A DNA stretch of 58,713 bases, filler included, from Dimargaris cristalligena (lineage: Eukaryota), in assembly GCA_003614675.1 (NCBI GenBank). It is 4 parts of 4 records of this genome, joined end to end, with 100 filler letters (N's around TTAATTAATTAA, not from the genome) between each part and the next. Parts side by side here need not be neighbours in the genome. Positions count along the whole stretch, not along the records: positions 14,778 to 29,453 come from ML002944.1; positions 29,554 to 44,111 come from ML002946.1; 2 more parts are not named here. One strand, 5' to 3'. Under the pieces are notes generated by a model, which had not been told where the DNA came from, searched no databases, and was given only the letters and a program-made list of their open reading frames with translations. The position numbers and the translations under genes were made by a program. Below, piece by piece: positions 25,571 through 37,078 of this stretch (its first letter is position 1; every line of letters starts with the position of its first letter).

Positions 25571-25663
25571 AATAGTTTGGAATCATTTGAGCTACAATAT
25601 ATACCCAACAACAATGACTGCTGAGCACTTGTTTTGCTTTTATTTTTTGGGTTGAAGGCTGAG
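25571..25663 (-). repeat. Right arm of the perfect 93-bp inverted repeat
   Basis: Exact reverse complement of 14778-14870. Confidence 0.92.
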
Positions 25664-25891
25664 CCCCCACCACTTACTGGCATCATAACTTATACCCACG
25701 AGCGTGCCAGCTTTCAATAGCAGCAATAGGGCTACGCTCTAGGTGGATGGGAGGTGTAGGTCTGATACCCAGCGCTATAAATAGTTATCGATTGACCGGA
25801 ATTTATTCCCCTTGGGGGACATCTCTGAGCCCATTTTCAGACTGACTAACTGTGACTACAGGTCGTTTCTGACAGCGGTTACTCTTAGTGG

Positions 25892-26035
25892 ATATGGGAG
25901 AAGTTCACTCAGGCTGTATAACGAAAAATCCATTGGATTAGGCCAGTGTTACTGGTTAAAAGATATTCTCACATATATTCGTCCATACACGTAGTATGTA
26001 AAACCTTATACAGCTGGTTTGAATTTCTTCCATAT
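25892..26035 (+). mobile_element. MITE-like element (144 bp) with ~30-bp imperfect TIRs
   Basis: Left end ATATGGGAGAAGTTCACTCAGGCTGTATAA versus right end (reverse complement) ATATGGAAGAAATTCAAACCAGCTGTATAA. Four related copies in the window; too short to encode a transposase. Confidence 0.75.
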
Positions 26036-28177
26036 GTTCTATGGTTAACTCACTGACGAACCTATCCGATAGTGCGGCGGTGGGAACCTCCGCCCAGCAC
26101 GCAGTAGGCCACGGTTTAATTGTGGCCGTCGAAGAGTAGCTATTGACGTTCGCCTTCAATTCCTAAATGGGCGCTCGCCAGTCAAGGATGGATAGATCCC
26201 CCCGAGCCATCCTGTTATACCCCCACATAATCATCCTGCACTTCAATAATCAGGGGCCGTGGGTGCCCCTGAGGTCGGCTATAACTCTAGTACTATCGAA
26301 TTTCCCATTAAGCCATCCAAGTGAACCTTACAACCGACAGCCCATGGGGTCGGCGAGTACACCTCACATAATATATTGGACTCTCATCCATAACTTAGGT
26401 TGCCCAGAACCATATTGTCCTAGCCCAATGGGGCTCCCGCCGGGACTGTTTCGTTAATTCCGCGTTGTATAAAATGTCAAATACCGGGTATAAAGTTTTA
26501 AGCGGATCCAAAGTATGTCACCACAATAAACAAGAAACAGTAAAGGTCGTCTATATACCGGAAAGCAGTCTGCGGGCTTTACTTTCAAGACCAAGGCAGT
26601 TATGACCAGCACTACCAACACTATCTCGTCGTTGAGCTATTACATCATTATGGTATCTCTAATTTGCATGTTTTTATACTCTATACGACAATATTCACTA
26701 TAAATATGGGGTTTGTCTTTGATCTAGTTTTCAAGCACTATCCGAACATCCAAAACAATATACAACCGATAGTAACGACTAATACCTTACGCACTCGCTT
26801 CGGTTGACCACCTGCTTAATCATGTACCGGTTTAGCGGGAAAACTTACAGCTCTGATAAGCCACTACACTACAGCCCCCCTTCCCCCTTCTCCTCATTCA
26901 CATCACCATGACATCTCCATGCTGGCAAGGATTGAATCACTGAAAACCAGAAAACTCCGTATACCCTGATACCCCTATTGTGATCTTTGCCAACGGCATT
27001 ATGGATTGGATTATAGACTGCCTACAACAATCTTGATTTGGCCAGTCAGTCTACTCGGACTACTATAAAATAGTCGGCTATACATGTATAAGATTCAATA
27101 CATCATAGTGTTTTGGTGGTAAATGAATTATCATGAAGTATCCCAACTTAGATTTGCGTACTTTTGGACCCTGTCTTTTCAAATCACTATATTGTAATGC
27201 CAATATTAATACCAACCTCTGTAACGGTCTCCGTTTTATGGCACATTGCAAATTTGGCAATACATGCGGCATCTCCAACTGATCCGTTGATAAGGTGGTT
27301 TTTACCTGAACGCATACGCCGAGAGTCGCCTCGAACCTGTATACGCTTTCCTCGGTTATAACATCGTGTTAGACCACCCCAATCTTTCCAAAAAATCGAA
27401 TTAATCAATATAGTAATTTACTGGGGCCATTACTGTCCGCCAAGTTGACTATCATTTTTTTAAAAAAAATCAAATTTGTTAAGCTCCGTCCGTTGCTTAT
27501 CACGGTTTTTTGGCAAGGGAAGTAACAGCCCATGCAGGAATGACAAACGGACGTAAACTGAGTGACCTATGTACCCCTAACTGTGCTAATGGCAGCGTAG
27601 CTGTGGAACATTTAAGTGTAACTCGGTTGATTCTCTTGGCTAGTCACTTGTGTGCTGTGATACCCAACTACCGTTCAACCCTCTCTTTCCTTTTTTTTCA
27701 CCCGTAATAATGGGCCAAGGCTATAATAGACCCTTGGCCTCAAGTCCCCCCCTTCCCCTTCACTATAATGTTGTAGTGGCTCTGGAACACCATGAGTAAA
27801 TTGCCGCAAACCACAGTCAGCCCCATTGCTATAGAGGCTCCTAGACTTGTGGTAAACAGCAATTTGACTCTTCCTTCATTCATTTCCCAAATTTATTACC
27901 TTCGATATTTTAACTAACCAAAAGCACCCGCGGGCTGGCACTTCCTAGTCTATTAAATACCTCTGTCTTCTATTGTTTGTATTTATCCTGCCTCTTATAT
28001 TATTTTTAACAATTCCAGCTACAGTAAACCTTTCTTTCGCTCATTCATTCGGCATTATTTTTGGCGTCGAGACTGTATATATAACCAGAACCTCAGTTCC
28101 AAACAGCCGCCGTACTATACTAGTACAGGAACCTAACCCATTATCCAAGACCTTTATATTCTCATTGCACCGACAGT

Positions 28178-28798
28178 ATGGCCCTGAAGTGCATCCAGGT
28201 TAACCGTTTTCTCGGATATTTTCGAATAGGCAACGCCATTGTTTTCATCTGCCTGGTCGACGGTATGGCCAGCGCCTTGCAATTGTACATTTCCACCGTA
28301 GGCGCCGAGTACCTGAACATGAGCACCAGCATGTGGTCACTGGCGATGGCTATCGTCGGGGCCGTCAGTATCCTAAAACGCAACTCTATCCTACTCCAAA
28401 TCTACGCCCTGGGGATGTCGACCCTAATGTTCGCCTACATCCCGGTCGTCACGGTCCTCGCGTCCCACTTGAGCTCAGTGTGGGGCCGTATCTTTGTGGA
28501 GACGAACATGCGGTATAGTTTGATGGGGTATACGTTTTACGCCTTTGGGTTCGGCAAGCCCGTGAATCTCAAGTCATCGTTCGCTATTTACATCACTTTA
28601 TATTCCCTTTATACAGCTTTTATGACGTATTTTTGCGTCTGCGTATGGTCCCTTTATCGACAATTGCGACAGACCGAAAGGGAGGAAGCTCGGCGGTCGC
28701 AACACCCCGGATTCTCATCCATTTATGACTATGGTGGATCAGGGGTTGGCCAAGTCCACTTTAGTCCCACCCATCGAAGTACTTTGCTCGGTCGCTAG
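28178..28798 (+). CDS. Hypothetical ~4-TM membrane protein (206 aa)
   Basis: Intact ORF with coding-like codon usage, four hydrophobic segments and a charged C-terminal tail. No family recognised. Confidence 0.75.
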   Translation: MALKCIQVNRFLGYFRIGNAIVFICLVDGMASALQLYISTVGAEYLNMSTSMWSLAMAIVGAVSILKRNSILLQIYALGMSTLMFAYIPVVTVLASHLSSVWGRIFVETNMRYSLMGYTFYAFGFGKPVNLKSSFAIYITLYSLYTAFMTYFCVCVWSLYRQLRQTEREEARRSQHPGFSSIYDYGGSGVGQVHFSPTHRSTLLGR

Positions 28799-29184
28799 TC
28801 GACACTACGCTTCCCTGGAAATGCTCCCAGCGTCTGGTCCTGTAATAAATAGTTGTAGCAATAGTGAGTTATTGAGCTGAATGAATGGGGTTTAGTTGTT
28901 CATTAATTAGTAGATAAATTCGAGAGAAAATATGGAAAGCTCGACCAGCCGTTCTAGAGGGAATGGCCTCGAATGTGGAGCGGCCTGATCAGTGTTGATA
29001 GTTGCAGGTTTAAAAACTAGGAAACGCCAAGTTATAGCAAATGGGAAATTGAAACGAAAACAAATAGAATAATTTGCGACCGAGGGAGGAAATAAATTTG
29101 ACTTGTCGATGGAATGAGTAAACAGGGGTAGTAAAGGGGGGTAAAAAACCTTTATAGTCTGATAACAACTCGTCCCAGTAACGT

Positions 29185-29453
29185 TTAGTATCCGCGGCCG
29201 TGATCGGCTCCGCTACCGGAATACCCGTCACCGTGGCTTCCGTGGTTAGCTGGGCCATTGTCGTTGTGACTATCCCCGTGGCCGTGGTCCGCAGGACCGA
29301 AATCGTACCCGCGTCCCTGGTCGTCGCCATTGCGGCCCTCGTAATTACTCTCACGCTCCCCCTTATAATCGCCCGACTTGCTTTCGTAGTGGCCACATTC
29401 GCCACCGCCGTAATTGGGACCGGTACCGCGGTAATCGCCGCAGGGCTTAGGGG
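29185..29453 (-). CDS. 3' fragment of a Gly/His/Tyr/Asp-rich low-complexity protein, 5' end lost at the contig edge
   Basis: A frame not in the ORF track reads PKPCGDYRGTGPNYGGGECGHYESKSGDYKGERESNYEGRNGDDQGRGYDFGPADHGHGDSHNDNGPANHGSHGDGYSGSGADHGRGY*. GC-rich, then an AT-rich 3' UTR. Confidence 0.65.
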
Positions 29454-29553
29454 NNNNNNNNNNNNNNNNNNNNNNNNNNNNNNNNNNNNNNNNNNNNTTA
29501 ATTAATTAANNNNNNNNNNNNNNNNNNNNNNNNNNNNNNNNNNNNNNNNNNNN
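29454..29553. other. Artificial contig linker
   Basis: N-run with TTAATTAATTAA, 100 nt. Confidence 0.97.
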
Positions 29554-29583
29554 GCCCCCCCCCCCCCCCCCCCGAAGTTGACC

Positions 29584-32354
29584 ATGGCAACCTCCGGATC
29601 CGAGTCTAAGCCCGAGCCGCGGCTATTAATTGTCTCCAACCGTCTGCCCGTGACCATTAAGAAGAAGGACACCGAATGGTCCTTTAGTATGAGCTCAGGT
29701 GGGCTTGTGTCGGCCTTGGACGGCCTGGCCAAGCAAATGGCCTTCACCTGGATTGGCTGGCCCGGTAAGTAGGAGTTGGTTTTTAAAGGTGTATTTTGGA
29801 TTGTCCTGTGACTATCAATTAACCCGCTCTATGCAAGTAGGAGGGTGGGTTTCATTGCGGCTATATCTGCGTCCCGAGGACCGTATCTGGGGGGACCTGA
29901 GTGTGTGGAGGTCCTCCTACCCTCCCGCCTCCCTCTCCAAGATGGTGTGGCATAGTGGGCAGGCAAGGGCAACGTGATGCCCCAAGCCGAACGCACCACG
30001 CTGCATCCACTTTCGCTCACTGGGGTTTCGGAACGAGCCCCTGTGATGGCCGACCATATTACCGCTCACCATTATCATTACCCTTCCACCTGATACTACC
30101 TGAGTAATTCCGAGTCTATAGTATTAACCCCGGTTCCTCCGCGTGACTTGCCCTCTATTCCCATGGTATCTTAGGTCTCGACTTTCCCGAAGATGATCGC
30201 CGCATTATCCGCTCCAAACTCAAGGAACGGGACTGTGTCCCCGTATTCCTCCACGACGATCTGGCCGAGATGCACTACAATGGCTTCTCCAACAGCATCC
30301 TGTGGCCCCTGTTCCATTACCACCCGGGCGAAATCTCCTTCGACGAGGACATCTGGCAGGCCTACCAGAAGGCCAACTCCCTGTTCGCCGACGCCATTTG
30401 TGATATCGTGCAGGACGGCGACCTGGTCTGGGTGCAAGATTATCACCTGATGCTCCTCCCCAAAATGCTCCGGGAACGTATGGGGCCTGAGAAGAAGAAC
30501 GTCAAAATCGGCTGGTTCCTGCACACCCCCTTTCCCAGCAGCGAAATCTACCGCATCCTACCCGTCCGCCAGGAAATCCTCCTGGGTGTGCTCAGTTCCG
30601 ATCTACTTGGCTTCCACACCTACGACTACGCACGTCATTTCCTCTCCTCCTGCACCCGTATTCTCGGCCTGTCCACCATGCCCAACGGGGTCGAGTTTGA
30701 GGGCCGGATGGTGCACGTGGGCACGTTCCCCATCGGTATTGAGCCCAGTAAATTCACCGAAGGGTTGGAGAAGCCGAGCATCCAGAAACGGATTGCCGTG
30801 CTCGAGGAACAGTTCAAGGACAAAATCGTCATTGTGGGGGTGGACCGGTTGGACTACATCAAGGGAGTGCCCCAGAAGATCCACGGCCTCGAGGTGTTCC
30901 TGGAGAAGCACCCCGAGTACCAGGGCAAAGTGGTGCTGGTCCAAGTGGCCGTGCCCTCCCGGTCCGACGTGGAGGAATACCAGCACCTGATTTCCAATGT
31001 CTACCAGCTCGTGGGTCGCATCAACGGTCGCTTCGGCACGGTGGAGTACACACCCATCCACTTTTTGCACAAGTCCGTCACCTTTGACGAACTGGTGTCA
31101 CTCTACACAATTTCCGATGCCTGCCTGGTGTCGTCCACCCGTGACGGCATGAACCTCGTGTCATACGAATACATCGCGTGCCAGGAGAAGAAGAACGGCG
31201 TCCTGATTCTGTCCGAATTCGCTGGGGCGGCTCAGTCCCTCAACGGGTCCATTATCGTCAACCCCTGGAATACGGACGACTTGGCCGATGCCATCTACCA
31301 GGCCATTTCCATGTCAGCGGAGCAGCGCAAAATCAACCACCAGCGTCTGTACCGGTATGTGACCAAATACACCGCGGCTTACTGGGGCACGTCGTTTGTC
31401 CACGAGTTGATGCGGGTTAGCGAGGAAATGAACAGTGTCATGTGTCTCCCTTCCCTCACCCCCGCCGTCGTGACCGCCGGTTTCCAGCGGGCCCAGGGTA
31501 AACGCCTGATTTTGTTGGATTACGACGGTACCCTGACCCGGATGCACAGTCTACCGGAGTTTGCTAAGCCCAGTCCCCACGTGTTGGACCTTCTCCGTCA
31601 GCTCAATCAGCTGCCCGACACGTACGTGTATATCCTCTCTGGGCGGAGTCGGGCCCATCTGGACGCCTGGTTCGGCGAGACCGGTGTGGGTCTGTCGGCG
31701 GAGCACGGCTGCTTCTACAAACACCCGCAGGCCCTGCGCAAGCCGGGCATGGTCGACCCCACGGCCATGACCACCTCCTCAACCTCCGCTAACTCGGGGA
31801 GCAGCGACACCCACCCGGCCAAACCCGACACGGACGACTGGTTCTGTTTGGTTGATCACGTGGACCCCACCTGGCGCGAAACCATCCGCCCCCTCTTCCA
31901 ACACTACCTGGAGCGCACGCCGGGTTCGTCCATCGAGGACAAGGAAATTATCCTGACCTGGCACTACCGTAACACTGACCCCGAATTCGGTACTTGGCAG
32001 GCCAACGAACTCAAGGTCAATTTGGAAAAGGCACTCAGCCACCTGGCCCTGTCCATCGTGCAGGGTAACAAAACCCTGGAATTGCGGCCGTCATCAATTG
32101 ACAAGGTGACCCCAGTCCGGGCCATCCTCCGCGATTTGAAACAGATCCACCGGAGCGACGATGATGACGATAGCCGCCCCATCGACTTCATCCTCGCCAT
32201 CGGCGACGGTAAAGGGGACGAAGGCATTTTCGCGATGCTGCAGGATAATGACTCCGCCATCACCAGTACGGTCGGCCGCAAACAAACGGAGGCCAAGTAT
32301 TTCCTGGAGGATGTGAAACATGTCGAGGAAATCCTGGAGCACTTGATCCACTAA
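29584..32354 (+). CDS. TPS1: Trehalose-6-phosphate synthase (GT20) fused to a HAD trehalose-phosphatase domain; exons 29584-29764, 30175-32354
   Basis: TPS motifs VSNRLP, SSGGLVSAL, WIGWPG, HYNGFSNSILWPLFHY, VDRLDYIKG and RDGMNLVSYEY. C-terminal LDYDGTL, LSGR, AEHG and IGDGKGDE. In-frame GTAAGT...TAG intron. Confidence 0.95.
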
Positions 32355-34353
32355 CATGTGGAAGAGTACTCTAGTGTACTTCGTATAGGTCTTTTTGTTT
32401 CTACTGGTTTGGCGGGATAGCATATCCCTCCCTCCCCCCACCCTTCGGCAATTGTCCTAGGCGCGCACTACGCTGTCAATTTCACCCCTATATATTTAAC
32501 CCTACTTTTCCCCCCCTTTGGTTTTACCAACAACATACACACACACACATATATATATACATATACAAATTTGGCCATATTTCACGCACTCTCTCCATTT
32601 CCCCCAATTATTTTAAAGTCTCCTTCCGCTTATTTTACTAGGGGTGTCATTGTATTTCAAGTTTTTTTAAAAAAAATCCTGTCTGTTCCACCCTCCCAAC
32701 CCCACCGGGGTATGAATTATAATTGTCCCTCCAAGAACTCCACTTCATATTACCCTCACCATTAAATAGCTTTAAGTGTAGACTGATCCAAGAGTTTTCG
32801 TATAAAATCGTGGTTTTTATTTCGGAAATGTAAGGTCTTTGGGGCATAGCTCCATACGCATTCTACGTATTTTTCCCTCAGACATTGGTAATGTTCTATT
32901 GTTGGTTCATCCCATTTTTAACTATAATGACTGCCTGGCAATGATGCACGTTCGAGTGAACTGTAAAATGACTCGAGGAGGTCACCTTCAGATCATATTT
33001 CAATAGTGTCGTGTGTCGTGTCCACAATCCTCCACGTGTGGCTGCTATTTTAAACGAAGGGAATTGGAACGGCACCCTTGCATCAATACCGCGGTGTATG
33101 GTATCTATTCTGGGCCAGGCAATACTATCCAGCGCCCTCCAAGGCAACATAATTGACTCCTTTGGGCGAGGATTTATCATTAAGAGCTGATAATAACGGG
33201 GGGTTTTCACAAGTGATGCGGAATTGTAAGAGCCTTTTGATTTAAATACAATTAATTAATCGGACAAACAGCCGAGCCTTTCTACCCATTACTCACCCCC
33301 CAGTCCAGTCCAGAGCTAAACACAAACCTCCCCTTTGTTTCAGACCCCGTCCCTATATCCCCCCCCCCCCTGCTTAAAGTTACAGTCACTCATCACCCCT
33401 GAGTTTGGTCCGAGGGGAGCGCGTGTGATATGGTGCGCCCTGCTGCTCCTAAGAAGTATTTCCTGAGCAATACCATATACCAATAAGCCACCCGATTCGA
33501 TTCTGCTTAATGTTTTCCCTGTTACCCTTAGTTTTCTTAATATTTTACTAATAATACCATCCTCACCACCACCTTCTCCCCCCCCCTTTACACGCGTTGA
33601 CCAGGCGTGGCAAACGACCCCGTCGCCGTCTCCAGTATTTATCTAGGGGGTGCCCCTTTACGCTCTTTGGCGATACGTGGTATATCATACTGCCTTTCCA
33701 TAGTATCAAGTAGTCGGTTGTGTTCTGACCGTGGTTCCTATCCAAGGGAACGAAGTTTCACTCTCCCCAGGTTCTCTTCGCTATTAAGCCCCCGACTCTC
33801 TCATTAGCGTAGATTGTCTCATTGGGTCCGCATTACTTGCCCAGCCGCTTCTTTCGTACTCCTGTGGGGGGAACCCTGCTAACAATTCGCACTTGTGCTT
33901 TATCGCATATAACACCGCCTGGGCTAGAGCTGTTAAAGCGAGTACAACGTATTGGTAAGTGGGTTATATTCCTCTGAGGAGGAGCCCTTTGGCCCACTCT
34001 TGCATATTGGACTGTCCGTGTTTTATTACCATCCATCCATTCCGTCCATATCCTCTAGCCGCTTAGTTGCTGGTTTATTTACTCTCGTAATTGGCGGTTG
34101 GTGTTTCTGTAGGAATAATCTGTATACCACATATTTGATCACAGTGTAAATAATACATTCCTGATCAAAGTAGCCTACCTATATTTCCTCAAGGCCAGCC
34201 CAGCAAATACATAAATTTCCTATTTTCTTCACCGCCTCACTGATGTTTGTCACATTAAAACTAACCGCCGTGAATTCCACCATCACATTCCTTTCCCCTG
34301 GTTTAGGATAGCCGTTGTATCATTTTGTTCTTTACTAGGCTATAATCGTAAAT

Positions 34354-36522
34354 ATGGGCAATGTCATTCAGCGTACCGCGTCGGTATCTCATCAACACGA
34401 TGTCGACCTGGTAGAAGGCACCGTGCCCTATTCAACCGCCCAACGGCACCGCCGCTCGTTAACCAACGACGGGGACAATGCCGATGACGACGACGACGGG
34501 CCCGTCCCTCGAAACGCCTTGAAACAATCCAGTCGGGAACTATTACCCAAATTCCCAGCGAATCCCTCTTCCGACGAGCACTCGTTCTCCGCGCACGGTT
34601 CTAGCAGTGGTGATCACGCTATAGCCACTTCATCCCGCATTCCGTCCGGTCGCCGTCATCGGGGCGCAGGCCTCGACTTGCCTCCCTCCTACGAAGATGA
34701 CGCGGGTGGCTCCTACGGCCACACTCGCCAGCGGCTAGCCATCCGCAATCCCGTCCTGGGTAACACATCACGGTCCACCATACACCCCCCACCACCAACG
34801 CCCGGAGCGGGTCCCTTCCAAAACGCCACCACCACCGTCCAGTTTCTCTGGTCGACGGTGGTCACAACGTCGTACATTCTCGTCTTATTAACCCTGGTAG
34901 GCCTAATCAGTACCCTACTGACCAATGCGTACCGACCGTCCAAATACCGCCTAGACCGCCTGGCGTTCCCTTGGGTTAACCGTCCCCAAAACTACTTGCG
35001 GCCGTTCGACCCCAACTTCCCCACGGACTATAACGTGCTTCTTGAGGGCCATTCTCACACTACCCTATCCGATGGGGATATGACGCCCCAGCAGTTGGTG
35101 GAGTTTTATCGAGGTAGGCCCAACCTAAATTAGTAACCTCATTATGGGGCGAAAAATTATAATCCCATATAGATGATACCGGCAACCTCCCCTCGTGGAT
35201 GCCGAATGATAATTCCATTGGGTCGCTGTTTAGTCTTAAAAAACCACTTGACCACTCCGCCACATCAATATCTAGCCATATATTCCCCCTATTGTAATCT
35301 AACCATTCTGACTATTTCATGTGGTCTTACCATTTCTCTTTCGGGCCGTAATTACTCTTCCCTCCTTATCCACTTGCTATTCCGGATGGTGTTAAATTCT
35401 TGGGGGGTGGGTTAATATCTTCAGCCAGCGGATTCAACGCCCTAATCGTTAGCGACCATAATACCGTAGCCGGTGGCCTTGCCGCCGAAAAATACGCCCA
35501 GGAGCACTACCCTGATAGTTTCCTGGTCATCCCGGCCCAAGAATACAGCTGCTGTCGCATCCACATGAACCTGATCAATATTCGCGAAACTATCCCTGTT
35601 ACCTCCGCCTTTCCCAGCAATACCGAACTAAAACGGGTGATTGAGCAAACGCACGCGCTCGGCGGGTTGGTGGTGGTGAACCACATTCCCTGGTCGAATA
35701 AAACGGAAACAGACTACAACCCTGTTCGACCAACCTCCCTAGCCTATGACGAGACCTCTAGTTCCCCCCCCAGAAGGACCGTCGCCGACCCCTTCTTCTG
35801 CTTCTACCTCTGTTTCGGCAGCGGGGGCAGGAGTGTCCAAGCGGGAAACCCAAGATAAGTTTCATGAATCCGTAACCGGCAATTATGCTACGTTACCCGG
35901 TCATCCCACCCGTTCCGAACTGCTGGAGTTAGGTATCGATGGGATCGAGATTATGAACGGCCCCGTGTTTGACACCATTAGCTACCAACGGTTTTTCCAA
36001 TCCTCTCCTTCAGCCTCCAATAATATCAAAGAAGACCCGGCCCCTCGGCAATCCATCTTCACTACCAGCGCCGTGTCCTCGAGCTCGGCTGCCCTATTCG
36101 CCATCACCGGGAATGACATTCACCACCCCGGCCCCGTGTACAGTTGGACCGTCCTCAAGTCCGCCAATTTCAGTACCGCCGCCATTTTGGACGAACTTCG
36201 CCACCGGCGTACCTCGTTTCTAGTGGAACCCAGCGGTACCCGACAGACCGCCGCACTCACTTATAACCCCGCCTATTTATGGCTGGCCCCCCTCGTTGCC
36301 ATTGCGGACTACTTTACGGCCTTTTACGATCGCCAGCGGGGCATGTATTCCTTTACCGGCGCGTTTTGCCAGCCCGAACGGGTCAGCTTTCATTTGGCGG
36401 CCTTGGTGGGACTGGTATTTTACATTTTTATCACGGTGGCTGCGGTGCGGTTGGGGCGCAGCTACTGCCAACGGCATTCGCTCTCTAATTGGAGGGAGTG
36501 GCTTCGACGGGGTCGTCATTAA
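34354..36522 (+). CDS. Membrane-anchored PHP-family metallo-phosphoesterase; exons 34354-35113, 35425-36522, with an apparent frameshift at C8 (35764-35771)
   Basis: PHP motifs GHSHTTLSDG, IVSDHN, QEYS..IH, NHIPW, DGIEIMNG and GNDIH. TM segments flank the domain. Removing one C from the run joins ORFs 35400 and 35746. Confidence 0.82.
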
Positions 36523-37078
36523 TGACCATGCATGGTCTCTTTCATGCAATTTCTCATAGTCCCCATTATCCTCAAACAAGCATGCATCGATGGCTGTCCT
36601 GGTCATTCATTAACTATGGCATATGTAGTACAGTTGTTCATCTTTGGTAGTTTGGACTACCCTATAGTTACATTTGAAAGGTCGCTAATGAATATCCAAA
36701 CAAAAGAAATTTTTATAAGCCATCTGGGTGAAATTCACTGTAGCTGTAGTGGATTGAAGAATCGAGGGGAGCCTAGGTGCACATGTGGGGAAGGGATGTT
36801 TCAGCATTTAAGGCCCTGCCCGGTAGACCTGATTTTGCACTATACAGCTGGGCTGTATTCGTCCCAAGTGGAATGGCGGCTAAATAGGGTATATTGTACA
36901 AAAAAATACTATTGCTAAAGGAAGTCGAATTGTCCTAGGTCAACGAATGATTGTCCCCAAAATGAAGTGGAAAGGGGGGAGGTGATATATATATATATAT
37001 ATAGTGATGGCTATAGTCATTGGGATCTGGAAGTAGATGGAAAATAAATGTCACCTTAAGGCTAAATATACATATTCC

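Noticed and set aside
29010-29505. Listed Thr/Val/Ala-rich ORFs (29010-29405 minus, 29200-29505 plus)
   Set aside because: Shadow frames of the Gly/His-rich coding frame.
30171-32441. Long antisense and alternate-frame ORFs within TPS1 (likewise within AKR, the subtilase and BRE1)
   Set aside because: Expected by-products of GC-rich codon usage in the real genes.
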